Positions 48,130-60,885 of a stretch of DNA of 64,000 nt are shown here, piece by piece. Every line of letters begins with the position of its first letter. The first letter of the stretch is position 1. Origin of the DNA: Raja brachyura. Its lineage: Eukaryota. The notes below the pieces were generated by a model. It ran no database searches, was not told the origin of the DNA, and worked only from the letters and a program-made list of their open reading frames with translations. The translations under genes were made by a program, and so were the position numbers. The stretch covers positions 10,168,001-10,232,000 of the forward strand of contig OY740813.1 of assembly GCA_963514005.1 (NCBI GenBank), in the 5' to 3' direction.

Positions 48130-50200
48130 ATAATTGAAAAGCTCAAACGGTCAGGGAGCATCTCTGGTGATAGAAAGAGAGATAGTATTTGGGTCAGTGA
48201 CCCTTCATCAGACTGAGAGACGTGAGCAACAAGTGCTTCAAGATACAGAGAGGAGGAGGAGTGAGGAGTGAAAATAACTAAGGGAATGTCCCTGAAAGGA
48301 GACGAGATTGTCCAGTCACAATATTTTCAGGTGTCTTCTTGGTACATTAATGGGGGAAATGATTGATGAGGGTAAAAAAACAAAAGAACACAAACTCATG
48401 TGCCAGACTCTTAATGATAAGGGCTAGCTATAGATGAATTGGGCTGACTCTCTGAAATATTGAACTGTAATATTGAGTCAAATGGGCTGCAACATGCCTA
48501 GATGGAAGATGAGGTGCTATCCCTAGGCTTCTGTTGGGCTTCATTGAAAAAGTATTGGGGAGTTGGATGGAGAATTAAATTGACAAGCAACTAGAAGATG
48601 AGGGGGTCCCTTGTAAACGGGAGAAACGTGTTCAGCAAAACTGTTACCCAGCCTATATCTGGTTTCTACATCATCGAGGACACCAAACTGTGAGCATTGA
48701 ATGGATGGTTAAATTGGAAGAAGAGCAAATGAACTATTGCTTCGCCTGAAGAACTATTTGGTCCCCTGGAAGAGGTACAAGGGTAAGTGTCACATCAATT
48801 GCAGATTCATGGGAAGGTGGTGTGGTAATGCGATTATTTGTGGAAATGAAAGAGCAACCAGGTAGTCACGGAAGGAACAGTTCCTCTGGAATATTGGGAG
48901 GAGAAAATGTTTCTGGTGGTGGAATCTTGTTGACAGAAATTAGAGGATGATACGTTGAACGTGGAGACGGGTGGAAGATAAGGACAAAGGGAATGTTAGA
49001 TAGAATGTTAGAGGGTGGGAGGACTGTGGCACAGAACAGAAGTGTGAGAAATGGAGGAGATGCAATTGAGATCCCTACCATCTATGGAAAGCAGAAACTA
49101 GAATAACATCATCGATTTCATGTGTGGAAAATCTTGTCATCACACAGATATGACAGAGCCTGAGAAACTGGGTGAACAGAATGGAGTCCTTCTCGGATGT
49201 AGTGTGATAAATGACAGAAGTAATGACATTTATGAATACCTTATGAGAAAAGAGGAAACTGTTAAAGTGGTGGAGGACACCAGACATATCATGGATGGAA
49301 GTGGGAAGGGACTGAACTACAAAGAAGGAATAGAGTCAACATAAGAGGAAATAAGTTCAGTAGGACAAGAACCATTTTGAAACAATGGGTCTACCAGGAC
49401 AATCCTACTTCTGCATTTGGGGAGGAGGTAGAAACAGGCTGTGTAAAGATGAGGGACTTCAAAGCTGGGGGTTGTAGAAAGAATATTTGAGAAAATTCGC
49501 TCAGGGACCAGGCAGATGAAGGTCAGTTGTCAGGCAAGGTCCAGAAAAATTAAGAGGAAGTGTCAGAAAGTTGGCTTTGTGAGGTAGAAGTTAGTTTGTC
49601 AAACCACTCCCCTTGTCACAATGCTGGAGTAACTCAGAAGGTCAGGCAGCATCTCTGGAGAGAAGGAATGGGTGACGGTTCGGGTCGAGACCCTTCTTCA
49701 GACTGTCAGCTGGTTCAGACTGTCAGCTGTTTTGAAATTGTTAGTTGGTTCTCAGTAAGCAGCCACTGCAAGTTTAGAGACAAATAGGTTAGAGTAAATA
49801 AAGGGTGGTTGAGAAGACTTCCGGCCAATCTCAGACGGATTGTTCACAATCAGTGAAGAATTGAAAGGATAATGAAAATGCAGCAAGGGGTGGGACTGAG
49901 AGGGAAAGAGAATGGTCAGAGGAAAATGAAATGAGAGAAAAATCCGGAGGAATATTAGAATTCAGAAGCTGTTGAAGAATGTACTCTTTGATATCTGAAG
50001 GGAAAAATGTCTTTTGTTGAAAGTATAGATGTGGCAAAGGGTAAAGTGGGTCTGAGAATCAAGACAGCTGTTGAGATGGAGTGAGTCAATACAGCTTCGG
50101 GAAGAAATTGAGGGATGCTTGTGCCAGTGTCAGTCAGATAGGATTGGACTGGACTTGTACATTGGCCAGGGTAAGTTTCCTCATTGGCCCAGTGACGCAA
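48130..50200 (-). mobile_element. Old Penelope-like element ORF remnant with a younger short copy nested at about 49615-49703
   Basis: Minus ORF pieces KDSILFTQFLRLCHIC (cf. PLE SIPFSQFLRLRRIC) and IPFVLIFHPS (cf. PLVLTFHP); degenerate CTGATGA-gggtc..gaccc motif near 48190-48214. Confidence 0.65.
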
Positions 50201-50227
50201 TCTTACAGAAAACTACCTTAGTGTCAT

Positions 50228-50900
50228 CCAGTATGGAAACAGCCCCTCCGGCCCAACTTACACATAACCGACTAAGATGTATTTGGCTCAACTTTCCTAC
50301 TCATGTATTTGTCCAAATGCCTCCTCAACTACCTCATCTGGCAGCTTATTCCATAAACCCACAACCCTCTGTGTGGACAAAATTGCCCCTCAGGTTGCTA
50401 TTTAAGTCTTTCCCCTCCCTCCTTAAACTTATGTTCTCTGGTTCGTGATTCCCCAACTCTGGGTAAAATACTCTGTCCATTCACTCGGTTTATTCTCCTC
50501 GTGATTTTATGCACCTCTGCAAGATCTCCTGCACTCCAAGGAATAAAATCCTTGCTCAAGATCCTGCTGTAACTTTTGACAACGATCTTCACTATCCATG
50601 ATACCACCCACTTTAGTGTGATCTGCAAACTTACTAATAATGCCTTGTGCATTTTGATCCAAATTATTGATATAAACCACAAACAGCAAATGGCCCAGCA
50701 CTGATTCCCAAAGGCATCTTACTAATCATAGGCCTCCAGTCAGGAAATCAATCTTCCATCATCACTTTCTGCTTTCCTCCATGAAGCCAAATCTCTATCC
50801 ACTTGGTTAGCTCTCCCTGGCTCCCATATGATGTGACCCTCAAAAGCAGCCTTCCATGTATCTTGTCCGATGACTTGCTGGTCCATATAGACAACCGCAT
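50228..50900 (-). mobile_element. CR1 RT/3' fragments
   Basis: ORF 50507..50701 LLFVVYINNLD...ISKFADHTKVGG (RT FADD region). Confidence 0.82.
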
Positions 50901-51044
50901 ATGCTCTCTGTTAATTTAACCTTAACACTGTAATTACTAATTTGGTTTGTCAAGATTTATATGTGTACCATAGCCAGTTTACACTTTTGTAGTTTATATC
51001 CGGTTTCAGATTTAAACAAACCTGCTTTCAATTTTTATATGACA

Positions 51045-51787
51045 CAAGACCAAGGATGAGGTGGGGCTGCGGCATTGCACACACACTAACCACCCCATAC
51101 GCCCATGGGGTGGGGGGGAGGGGTTCAGAGGGGGAAGGGGGAGAGACAGGAGAGGGGGGCGTGAGGGGGGGAAGGGGGGAGAGAGGAGGGGATAGGGGGG
51201 GAAAGGGAGGGGGTGTAGGGGAGAGGGGGAGGGGGTGGAGGATGTGAGAGGGTGGAGAGAGAGGGATGGGAGGGGGGAGAGGGGAAGAGGAGAGGGGTAG
51301 AGAGGAGGGTGTGGAGAGAGGAGGGTGGGGGAGAGGGGGCGGAGGGGTGAGGGGGGTTGGAGGAGGGGGGATGGGGGCAGAGAGGGGAGGGGAAAGGAGA
51401 GAGAGGAGGGGGAGAAAGGGGGGCAGAGGGGGGGAGGGTGGTGACATCATTCCTGGAAAACAGTGCCCAGCAGGCAGCGCGTTGAACATACTGCGCAACT
51501 TGCCGAGGTTCAGAGACATTGTGACGTCATCCAGCTCGCTTCAGTACGTTAGATTTTAAAAATATGTCAGGTTGGTGAACAATTTTAGTTAAAAAACTCA
51601 GGAAATAATCAATCAATTTTTCAGATGAGGGGATTTTTGAAATCATGAGGTAAATCTCTACCGGAATATGTAAACATTTTACCGTCACCGTGTCGGGTTT
51701 TCGAGGAGGTGAATCAAAGAAAAAGTTCAAGCAAGCAAGCAAACCCATAAGTAAACATCCAAGATCAGCGTTTCATAATAATATAGA
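51045..51787 (-). mobile_element. Non-autonomous Helitron-like element containing a G/A-rich simple-repeat block
   Basis: Minus strand starts A|TCTATATTATTA (Helitron-type TC start) and ends CTTG|T, so it sits between A and T without TSD; no clear 3' hairpin. Confidence 0.5.
51108..51438 (+). repeat. Polypurine G-rich low-complexity tract
   Basis: About 330 nt almost exclusively G/A with many GGG(G) runs. Confidence 0.95.
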
Positions 51788-52949
51788 TTTATATCATATT
51801 ATGATCACTCTTCCCCAAAGATCTTTTAACAACCAAATTATTAATCAATCTTTTCTCACTGCAGTATGATAAATGATCACAGCTGATCCAACTGAAGAAG
51901 TAAATAGGATAACATGGATGAGATCCATGGAGAGAGAAACATGCTGTGATTATGGGACACAGAATACTGCAGTTGCTGGAAAACTGAGCTAAAAACAAAT
52001 GGTGGAAATTTGCTGTTTCATTTGATGGACAAAAAGGAATGAAAACATTAACATGGTGAGTGTCACGCCAGCAACAACAAGAATAGAGGGTAAAAGCTAA
52101 GGTGCTCAATGTGATGTTTCCTTTCCATTGTAGAAGCCAAAGATTGGTAAGTCCAATGCAGAACATTCTGTTCAGTCGACAAGGGTGATCATGAGCATTC
52201 AGTTTCTGTTCGAATTTTTCACTATCACTCTGGTCCCTTTCCAATTGAGCTAACAAATCCCAATGTAAGCTCGAGGAAGATCTTCTCACCTTTTGACCAA
52301 GTATGTTTGAACTATCACGAATCAGCATTGAATTGAATTCAACCATTTCAGACAGCAAGCACCGTAATTGTATTGTTGCACACCTGGGTATGATGGTGGA
52401 GGCGGGTCCAATAGTGGTATTTAAGAGACTTAGAGATTGGCACAGAGAATGGCGGGGTGTGAATTACATTCAAGCACGGAGATTAGTTTAAGGTTTAATG
52501 CGGACAGTGGACAGAAGGGCTGTTCCGATGTTCTAAATTTCCATATAAGTTTATCTCCACAATCTTTGCCTGATCTGAGCACTTCCTGCATTTTTTATAT
52601 TTCAAATTTCCAGAAACTGCCGTATTTTGTGTATTATAATTCTACCATTATTTCATTTATTTCCTCTTCCTATCTTCAGATCAATTAGCTGTTCACTAGC
52701 CTTCCCTGACTTCTCACAGTCAGAATCACAACCACTTGTCATTCACAGTCTTTTGGTCTCGACCCAAATAAACCCCACCATTTTGTAAAATGATGGCTAA
52801 TCTGTATTTTCCCACTCTATCCTTGCATCCCCTAACTCATTATGTCCTGAATATTATCAAAGGTATTCTGGGATAGAAAATTCCAAACACCTCATCCTCA
52901 GTGGAGACCTCAACACAACATGTCAATACCTCGTGCCGAAACACTGGCA

Positions 52950-53470
52950 TAAGTGATAAGAATAGAATTAGGCCATTCGGCCCATCAAGCCTACTCCGTC
53001 ATTCAATCATGGCTGCTCAATCTCTCCCTCCGGACCCCATTCTCCTGCCGTCTCCCCATAACCTCTGACACCTTTACTAATCAAGAACCCATCTATTTCT
53101 GCCTTAGAAATATCCACTGACGGCCTCCACAGCCTTCTGTGTCAAAGCTTTACACAGATTCACCACCCTCTGACTAAAGACATTTCTCCTCATCTTCCTA
53201 AAAGTATGTCCTTTACTTCTGAGGCTATGACCTCTAGTCCGAGACTCTCCCACTAGTGGAAACATCCTCTCCACATCCACTCTATTCAAGCCTTTTACTA
53301 TTCTGTATGTTTCAATGATGTTCCCCCTACTTTTTAAACTCCTGCGAGTGCAGGCCCAGTGCCGACAGACGCTCATCACAGGTTAACCTGCTCATTCCTG
53401 GGATCATTTTTGTAAGCCTCCTCTGGACCCTCTGCAGAGCCAGCACATCCTTTCTCAGATACGGTGCCCA
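52950..53470 (-). mobile_element. CR1 3' fragment
   Basis: ORF 53104..53379 GNIIETYRIVKGL...RTRGHSLR...FSQRVVNL. Confidence 0.88.
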
Positions 53471-54304
53471 CACACACGCACAACAGTTTCCAGTCAGATA
53501 TTACGTGGGTTTGCAATACCTTTTTATTTAACCACATTTTCTTTCTCCTCCGCCTTCAGCAGTTACAAACCAATAGGACATAAAGCGGTTGCCACTGATC
53601 TGTGGTCCCGCTCTCAGAACTTGAAGAAGCTAAAATTAACCTTGGCTTCCGTGCAGGTCTCAGCATGCATTCCAGCTATAAGCTAATTTTAGGAGCGAGA
53701 CGTCTCCCTGGCCTATACGTCCTTGGGAACACAGCCACTATATCCTAAGAGTTGTAACTCAGAGATCCCTAAGCAAGTGCTGCTGCAGCATTATGAAAGG
53801 TTAGCTGGTGACAATATTCTTGTGAAGTTCAGAGGGGGGAATTAGTCAAGGAGCGAGTCTTTAAATCAGATTCTATTACTGACATGTGACTAGGGAATAG
53901 AATTAGGTCAGATTTGATGGTTTCAGTTTGAACTAGACATACAGTAGTTATTGAGGACATTGTGTAAATTTATAAATTTGTGTGTCAGCTCTTTTGAGAT
54001 GTCAAATATCATAATTCACAGCAGATTTAAGGAGGCCATTTAACCCATTGAGTCTGTGCCCGCTCTCTGCCTGAACATCTCTAAATGAATCATTGCTGCT
54101 CAACATGTCCTCCAAGGTCTCTTCCCCCGTTTCAAGTTGTTATCCTTTTTTTTCCTAACAAGATTTAATGATTTGTCCCTCAAACTATCCGTTCTGTTCT
54201 GCAAAAACATTACACAAAGACATTTTACTGAACTTCCCTGCAATCTGCCCAGATTTTAAATTGACAATCCTCTGTCATAGATGTACTACACCAAATCCTC
54301 AAAA

Positions 54305-54510
54305 TCCTCAGAGGGCGGTGGAGGCCGGTTCTCTGGATACTCTCAAGAGAGAGCTACGTAGGGCTCTTAAAGATAGCGGAGTCAGGGGATATGGGGAGAA
54401 GGCAGGAACAGGGTACTGATTGGGGATGAACAGCCATGATCACATTGAATGGCGGTGCTGGCTCGAAGGGCCAAATGGCCTACTCCTGCACCTATTGGCT
54501 ATTGTCTATA
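54305..54510 (+). mobile_element. CR1 3' end
   Basis: PQRAVEAGSLDTLKREL...GYGEKAGTGY plus 3' UTR ending ctattg tail. Confidence 0.85.
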
Positions 54511-55180
54511 ACGTCAGCAATGAACATTGCTTCCTGCTCCAGCTTCTCCTTATTTTATCATTCTGTTCTAGCGCTGCCAGCATTGTATCCAAAAATTCTG
54601 GGAATAATTGAGGGTAGGTCTTCTCGGTAAAGGTTTTACCTGGTTATGTTTTCATTGTTGTGGACTTGGCCCAGGCACAGAATGTATGTGCTTGAGTTCA
54701 GATGGCTTGATTTGTTTGTTTGCTGTTTGACTCACGATTGGTCTGCGAGTTCTATCTGTTGGACACTTCTGATGGGAATTCCAAATTGCATTGAAAGGGT
54801 TAGCAACCGGGAGTGAAACTCCAGCAAAGAGGCAATAATATTGCACTTGCGCTATCTATTAATCAATTGAAAACAGTGAATTCGTCCTTCCCATTCTCTT
54901 CTGTGTTTTTGGATGAAAATAGGCTTATTAGGGATAGCACTGCTTAATACGCGTGAGAGAGGCACAGATACAGCAGATACAGTCAGAAGATACAGCAAGA
55001 TATCGATCAGTTGTAAAAATGGCCAGAGAAATGGCAGTTGGAGATAACCTGAACAAAAAGCAAGCCATTTTAGGAGGTTGAATGTAATGGGGAAATATAC
55101 AGTTAATGGCAAGACCCTTAACATCATTGATGTGCAGATGATCATGCTTGCCTTCGTGGCTAGGGTCATTGAATATAAGA

Positions 55181-55699
55181 TGTGTAAGAAAGAACTGCAG
55201 ATGCTGGTAAAATCAAAGGTAGACACAAAATGCTGGAGTAACTCAGCGGGTGAAGCGGCATCTATGGAGAGAAGGAATGTGCGACGTTTCGGGTCGAGAC
55301 CCTTCTTCAGACTGATGTCTGGGGAAGGGGCAGGACAAAGATAGAATGTAGGCGGAGATAGTGAGACTAGTGGGAAGGGGAAGGAGAGAGAAAGCAAGGG
55401 CTACCTGAAGTTGGAGAAGTCAATGTTCATACCGCTGTGGTGTAAACTACCCAAGCATAATATGAGTACAGAGCGAGGCCCAGTGCAAATTGGAGGAACA
55501 GCACCTCACTTTCGCTTGGGTAGTTTACACCCCAGCGGCATGAACATTGACTTCTCTAACTTCAGATAGCCCTTGCTTTCTCTCTCCTTCCCCTTCCGAG
55601 TTCTCCCACTAGTCTTACTCTCGACCCGAAACCTCGCCCATTCCTTCTCTCCATAGATGCTGCCTCACCCGCTGAGTTACTGCAGCATATTGTGTCTAC
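55181..55699. mobile_element. Foldback (inverted) Penelope-like fragment with GIY-YIG C-terminus, inserted in CR1
   Basis: Two inverted arms; right arm encodes EAQCKLEEQHL.FRLGSLHPSGMNIDFSNFR*; 14-bp duplication catt(g/t)aatataaga at 55167-55180 and 55700-55713. Confidence 0.85.
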
Positions 55700-56059
55700 C
55701 ATTTAATATAAGAGTCAGGAAATCATGATGCAGCTCTATAGGACTTTGGTAAGGCATCATTTGGAGTATTGCAGTTCTGGTCGCCTCATTACAGGAAAGA
55801 TGTGGAAGGTGCAGAGGACGTTTACCAGAATGCTGCCTGGATTAGAAGGTTTCAGCTATGGGGAAGGTTTGGATAGACTTGGATTGTTTTCTCTGGAACA
55901 TCAGAGGTTGAGGGGACTTGATAGAAATATATAAAATGATGGGAGGCATAGATAGGGTATACAGTTAGAACTTTTTACCCAGAGTGGAAATGTCCAATAC
56001 TATGGGGCATAGCTATAAGGTGAGAGGAGGAATGTTTAATGGAGTTATGCAGGGCAAGG

Positions 56060-56447
56060 GATAGTTAGGAATAGCTTCAAGTCTGTTTGGGGGCACAATC
56101 TCTCATCATCTGTGGGCGGTCTCGGGCCTGTCCCGGCAGCTCAGTCTTGCAACGAGCCTGTAAAGAGAGGCACAGTTAGTAGGGAGTCCGCCGCTCTCTC
56201 CTCTCTGTGGCTGCATCTGCCTTGGTTTTTAAGAAGTGGGGCTGACGAGGTGCAGGTGAGTTGATGGCTAATTGGATGCAGCTGCTGCTCCTCTGGCTGC
56301 GGCCTAGGCTCAGCCCAGAGCCTGCGCTGTCCCTGGTGCTAGTTACTGGCAGTCCGGCGCTGTTCGTGGAGTTGGTTGTTGGCTTCTCCTGGCTTGTCTG
56401 CTGGTGACAGGGATCGGAGCGGCCCTTGGGGTGGATGCGTAATCACA
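56060..56447 (-). mobile_element. GC-rich LTR-like fragment
   Basis: Minus strand begins TGTGAT and contains CCAAT, cacctg and TATA-like cttaaaaa; interrupts CR1 sequence. Confidence 0.35.
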
Positions 56448-59400
56448 AGGTGTGTAAAACCATGAGGGGAATAGATAAGGTGAATGCACTGTTTCTTTTA
56501 CCCAAGGTAGATGTGTACGGTGAGAGGGGCAAGATTTATTGCCCCATGAGGGGCAACTTTTTTACCCAGTGGGTATATGGACTGAGCTGCCAGAGGAGAT
56601 GGTTGCGGCAGGTACTATAACAGCGTTTGGACAGGTACATGGATAGGAAAAGTGTAGAGGTAGATGGGCCTAATGCAGGCTCATGGAACTGGCTTAGATG
56701 GGGCTTCTTGGCCAGCATGGACAAGATGGGCCAATGGGCCTATTTCCATTCTGTATGAATGCCATCTTCCTCGTGGTTGTTTTTCCTCGCGTGTGACCCC
56801 CTTTTGTGGCTGTCTGCAGCCGCTTCTCCCTTCCCTTTGCACTCAAAAACTATTCTATTGACAGTGAAGCTGTTAATAAAACTGACTCCCCTCCCCGATC
56901 TTTACACATCTCCAATCCTTTCGATTTGTCACTTTAATTTCATGTTTCATGTATTTTATGTTCTATGACTGTTGTCAGATTAATTTCCTTCCTGGGATAA
57001 ATACTATCGTATCTTCCGGTATTATACTGGAAGTGGTGGTGGTATATTGTAAGTGGCGTATTTGAAATGTTCGTCACAGCCCAGCATTAGGAAGTGGTGG
57101 TTATGAGGCTGCAATAGGATGGCTCTGGGAATGTGTGGGCAGGGAGGGTTCACATTTTTTTTAAGTAAACCAGTAAAACTAAGACTATCATTCAAAAATA
57201 AAAATGCAAGTTAAATATTCCAGGTAAAAGTTCCGAGATTTGACTCGGAATGAAAGATCTTACTTTCTGTTGCATCTTTCACAGTCTCGGGTCATTCCAG
57301 GGTGTCTTAAACCCAATGAATTGCACCTGAAGTGCAATCACCATGTTAGTGAGTGAAGCACAATGCAAGTATGACCCTCTCAATATTTATGTTTTTTCGG
57401 GGATAAATAGTGGCTCGGACAGCTGGGAGAATTGCTCTACTCCTCTTAAAAATCGTGATCTTCAAGCCATTTCGCCTGAACAGTCTCGATCTCGATTTAG
57501 CATCTCATTTCTCTGACAGTTTGTTGGGAATATCACCTTTAAAATCTCTGGTGTGAGACACAAACTCATGACCTTCTCATTCAGAATGGGAAAGAACCTT
57601 GGCTGACTACAAATTGGCTGTCGTTGTGATGACAAATGAATTAGTCCTGCCCTTGATGACTGACTGATCAATCACTTTATTTCTTGCTCAGCAACTGCCA
57701 GTGATAATTAAAAACATGCTGTTCGATCGACATTGCTGTAGTCTGTAATCGTCTCGTTCCTGTCCCACGTGCTCTCTTTCAACTGATTACAGCCACAAAA
57801 TCTGCGATTAATCAATTCAGCAATTGATACGATAGTGATTTAGTACGTGGGAATCATTAACTTACAGGGTTCTCTCCATTACCACGGAATGTTTTTTAGA
57901 ATTGCTTTCTAATATTACTCATTGAAGATGAAATGTTTGAAAGTGTTCGAGCCTTTTGTTCTGCACGGCCAACAAATTGAAGTGAATACAGCTGACGGAA
58001 ATGAATAGTGAAACCTGCGGAAGGATGAGTCAGTCGCTGTTATTCACAGGAAAAGAGCAGTGGAGCAACATAACTGTATCATGAGTTCTTAGAAGAAGTT
58101 GGTAATTTCTTCAACATTACTGCATTGCAAGGTAAAGCAGATTAGAATCAATTTGTTACAAAGGTAGATTGTAGAAGTGAGAGCAAAGGTTAGCTCAGTC
58201 CAGTGGCTGAGTTATTACGAATTATTTTTTCACAAAATATTACTGTTATGGCAGGATAATGCTTTTGGCCTTGTAAGTGTCCCTGTGTACTAGTAGAAGC
58301 ATTATCGGATAAATTTACAGCAAGATATGATAGCTGGAATTGATGACCAATAGATCAGTTAAATAGAAAAGAGAGGAAGTGCAGAAACCAACTGGCACAT
58401 TGCAAAACTCCATGAGCAAGAGAGGTGGAATAAAAGAAACAGTCGACTATTTTTATGTTGTTTGAAATCTGAATGTTGATCTGGAAAATTTCAAACCAGT
58501 ACTGGAATCTTTAATGTCCGCCTGAAAATGCTTGTTACATCGATTAATACCTGCAACTGTGCAGCGATTCATCGGTTTTCATTCTGGTTTCAGCTAGTTA
58601 GTGTACTCGAGATTCCAGAATGAATTTAAACCCACAGCTTTCTGAGCTCTAGCTATTATGCGAATATAGGAACTTAAGTTACATTGTTAGTTTGGAGAGG
58701 AATGAAGAAGAATCTGATAATTTAAGTGGATGCGGGGGAATAAATGTTAATTTGTAACTTAGTCACAAATTAGAATGTGTGTTTATGTTTAAGATGCCAG
58801 AAAGGTATAAGGCCATTTCAAGTGATCAGATCTTGTATTTCCTGTACCTAATCCATTTTCTCTATCACCTACACTGTGTAACCTTGTCTGTCCCAGTCCT
58901 TTCTTCAGCTAATCTGCAGCTGAATTCCCTTTTTTGCTTATTTTCATGCAGATCATCTAGCACTCTTCAGTGATCAGCAATGATTGATATTAGGATAAGC
59001 TAGAAAAGCACACGAGGCTGCAAGAAATAGAGGGGTATTTTAATGGGGTTGGATAAAGTACCACAGGAGGAGGCTTCAACACCAGCACAAACCAATCAGG
59101 CCCAAATGCCATTCTGTGATGCAAAGTCTTTATAATTCTATGAAGATGGGAGTTGTGTAGGAGGGCATTGCATATACATGAACACCTGTAACAACCCTTG
59201 TGGTAAGCACATGGGAACTGTTGTTATATTTACTCTGCCAACTGTTGGAAGGTGTAGTCTTCCACGTCGTGTCCAGAAACATTAACACGATTTGATACAA
59301 TAATTTGATTGTCTGCAAAACAATGGATAGGAAGAACCCCATTCATCTTGTAGATCTCAATTCATTTCCTCACTGTACCAGATTAACAATATGCATTGGA

Positions 59401-59638
59401 TCTGTATTATCTCTTCATGCATCTTGAAAATATAGTATAAAACACCTCAGTAAACTACTTGATGTTGATATTGGTGGTTCTTATCACCTTGGACATTGGA
59501 ATATTGTGGGCGACTTCGTTTTGTTCCATCTTGACCATTACTTGAAATTGCCCTATTCTGGAAACGGTTGGTTTGCATTCAAATGCTTGACTATCAATAA
59601 ATATATTTGGAGTTAGTTGATGAGATTCCACTTGAAAA

Positions 59639-59644
59639 TTTATT
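59639..59644 (-). terminator. Candidate FAM78A polyadenylation signal
   Basis: AATAAA on the minus strand about 500 nt after the stop; more distal sites are possible. Confidence 0.3.
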
Positions 59645-60144
59645 TTTAGGATCTTTCCACAAAATGAAGTGTTCAGGGTTATGTGTGAAGAAACATTATT
59701 CACAGATCATGAGCAGGCTAGTTTACAATTGCATATTGCAGTCATAATGAAACAACATTCAGTTTATATTCATGGTGAAGTTCTTTTAAGGCAAATATTT
59801 GCAATGAGATGCTTTTGCTAACTTAAGGCAGCATGGTTAAGAGATAGATTTTTTTTTCTTGTATAAAAACAACATTTTGCAAAAATTGTTCATGTGCAAT
59901 TGCATTCCAGTTTTGACTGACATTCAATAAAACTTCTTTGACTTGTGCGATGCTTCAGCAGAGGACCAGAAGCTAAAGTCTTTAAAATGAGATGATCCCA
60001 CAGTGTAATGGCCTTTAGCTTAGCAAACGAATCAGATTTCAGCACAGTGATGTTTCCCCCACCATAGTGCTTCAAGGTGGAGCAATGCTTGCATGATTAG
60101 TGCACATGTTGGTTTCGAAGACCCAGTGTTGTGTCTTGGGAGCA

Positions 60145-60697
60145 TCAACACATTGCTCGTGATTGTTCTATTCGGTTCTTTGGAGGGATGACCACCTGCG
60201 GATCTCCAAATGTCGGCCGCCACATCAGTACCTGAGCGTCATTTGCATTGGGTTTCTTCAGCACATTGGGTGCAATGAGCTCATTCTTGTTGAGAATCAC
60301 AGGACACTCTTGATTAATAGGCTCCATCAGCACAGCACGCTCCCCGAGGTTTTTTCTCGGATCCACTGCAATGTGAAGCTTCATCCTCCATTTGATTGTC
60401 TGCAACACAATAATCTCACCAGTCTCTTGATTGGAGGCCACCAGCCATGTGGTGAAGTTTTGGTCTCTCTTAATACTGGATAGTTGTGGTATGTTGGACT
60501 TGCTGACGGGGATGGCCCAGGTGACACTCGGGTAGAAGTTGTCATTCATGCTGACAGTAAAGCGGACCTCCCTTCTGGTGGGGCCCACTATTGTGTGGGT
60601 TTCAGTGGTGTTGCCGTACCAAGGATAATTCACTCCATCTGAGTCACTTATTGCACTAATTTTTCCATCTCTGAGATCTGGCAGTTCCCAACTGGAC
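60145..60697 (-). CDS. FAM78A: FAM78A last (second) coding exon
   Basis: Minus-strand acceptor aacaacAG; encodes SSWELPDLRDGKISAISDSDGVNYPWYGNTTE...SMNDNFYPSVTWA...KPNANDAQVLMWRP...VVIPPK, diagnostic of FAM78; position convergent with NUP214 favours FAM78A over FAM78B. Confidence 0.93.
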
Positions 60698-60885
60698 CTG
60701 TTGTTTTGAGAGAAATAGCCTTAAAGTTAGGTCAAATTTATAATGTTTTCTTAATCATTCGAAATCTATTCTCAGCTCCTTTCATGATTAAAAATAAATT
60801 ATAAAATAGATGTGAAATAATTATTAAGAACAATTAAACAGAATATACAATCCCCTCCCTGGTTCTGCAGTTGTACAGAGCATCC

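Larger units (their letters stand above)
55000..56758 (+). mobile_element. CR1 fragments interrupted by the Penelope foldback and an LTR-like piece
   Basis: ORF 55725..55934 LYRTLVRHHLEYC...QRTFTRMLPGL; ORF 56426..56620 RGNFFTQ. Confidence 0.75.

Noticed and set aside
51028-51559. Pro-rich and Gly/Arg-rich ORFs
   Set aside because: Translation artefacts of the G-rich simple repeat.
57625-57672. C/D box snoRNA-like motifs (GTGATGA...CTGA)
   Set aside because: Only about 45 nt between boxes, not evidently intronic, and no recognisable guide sequence.
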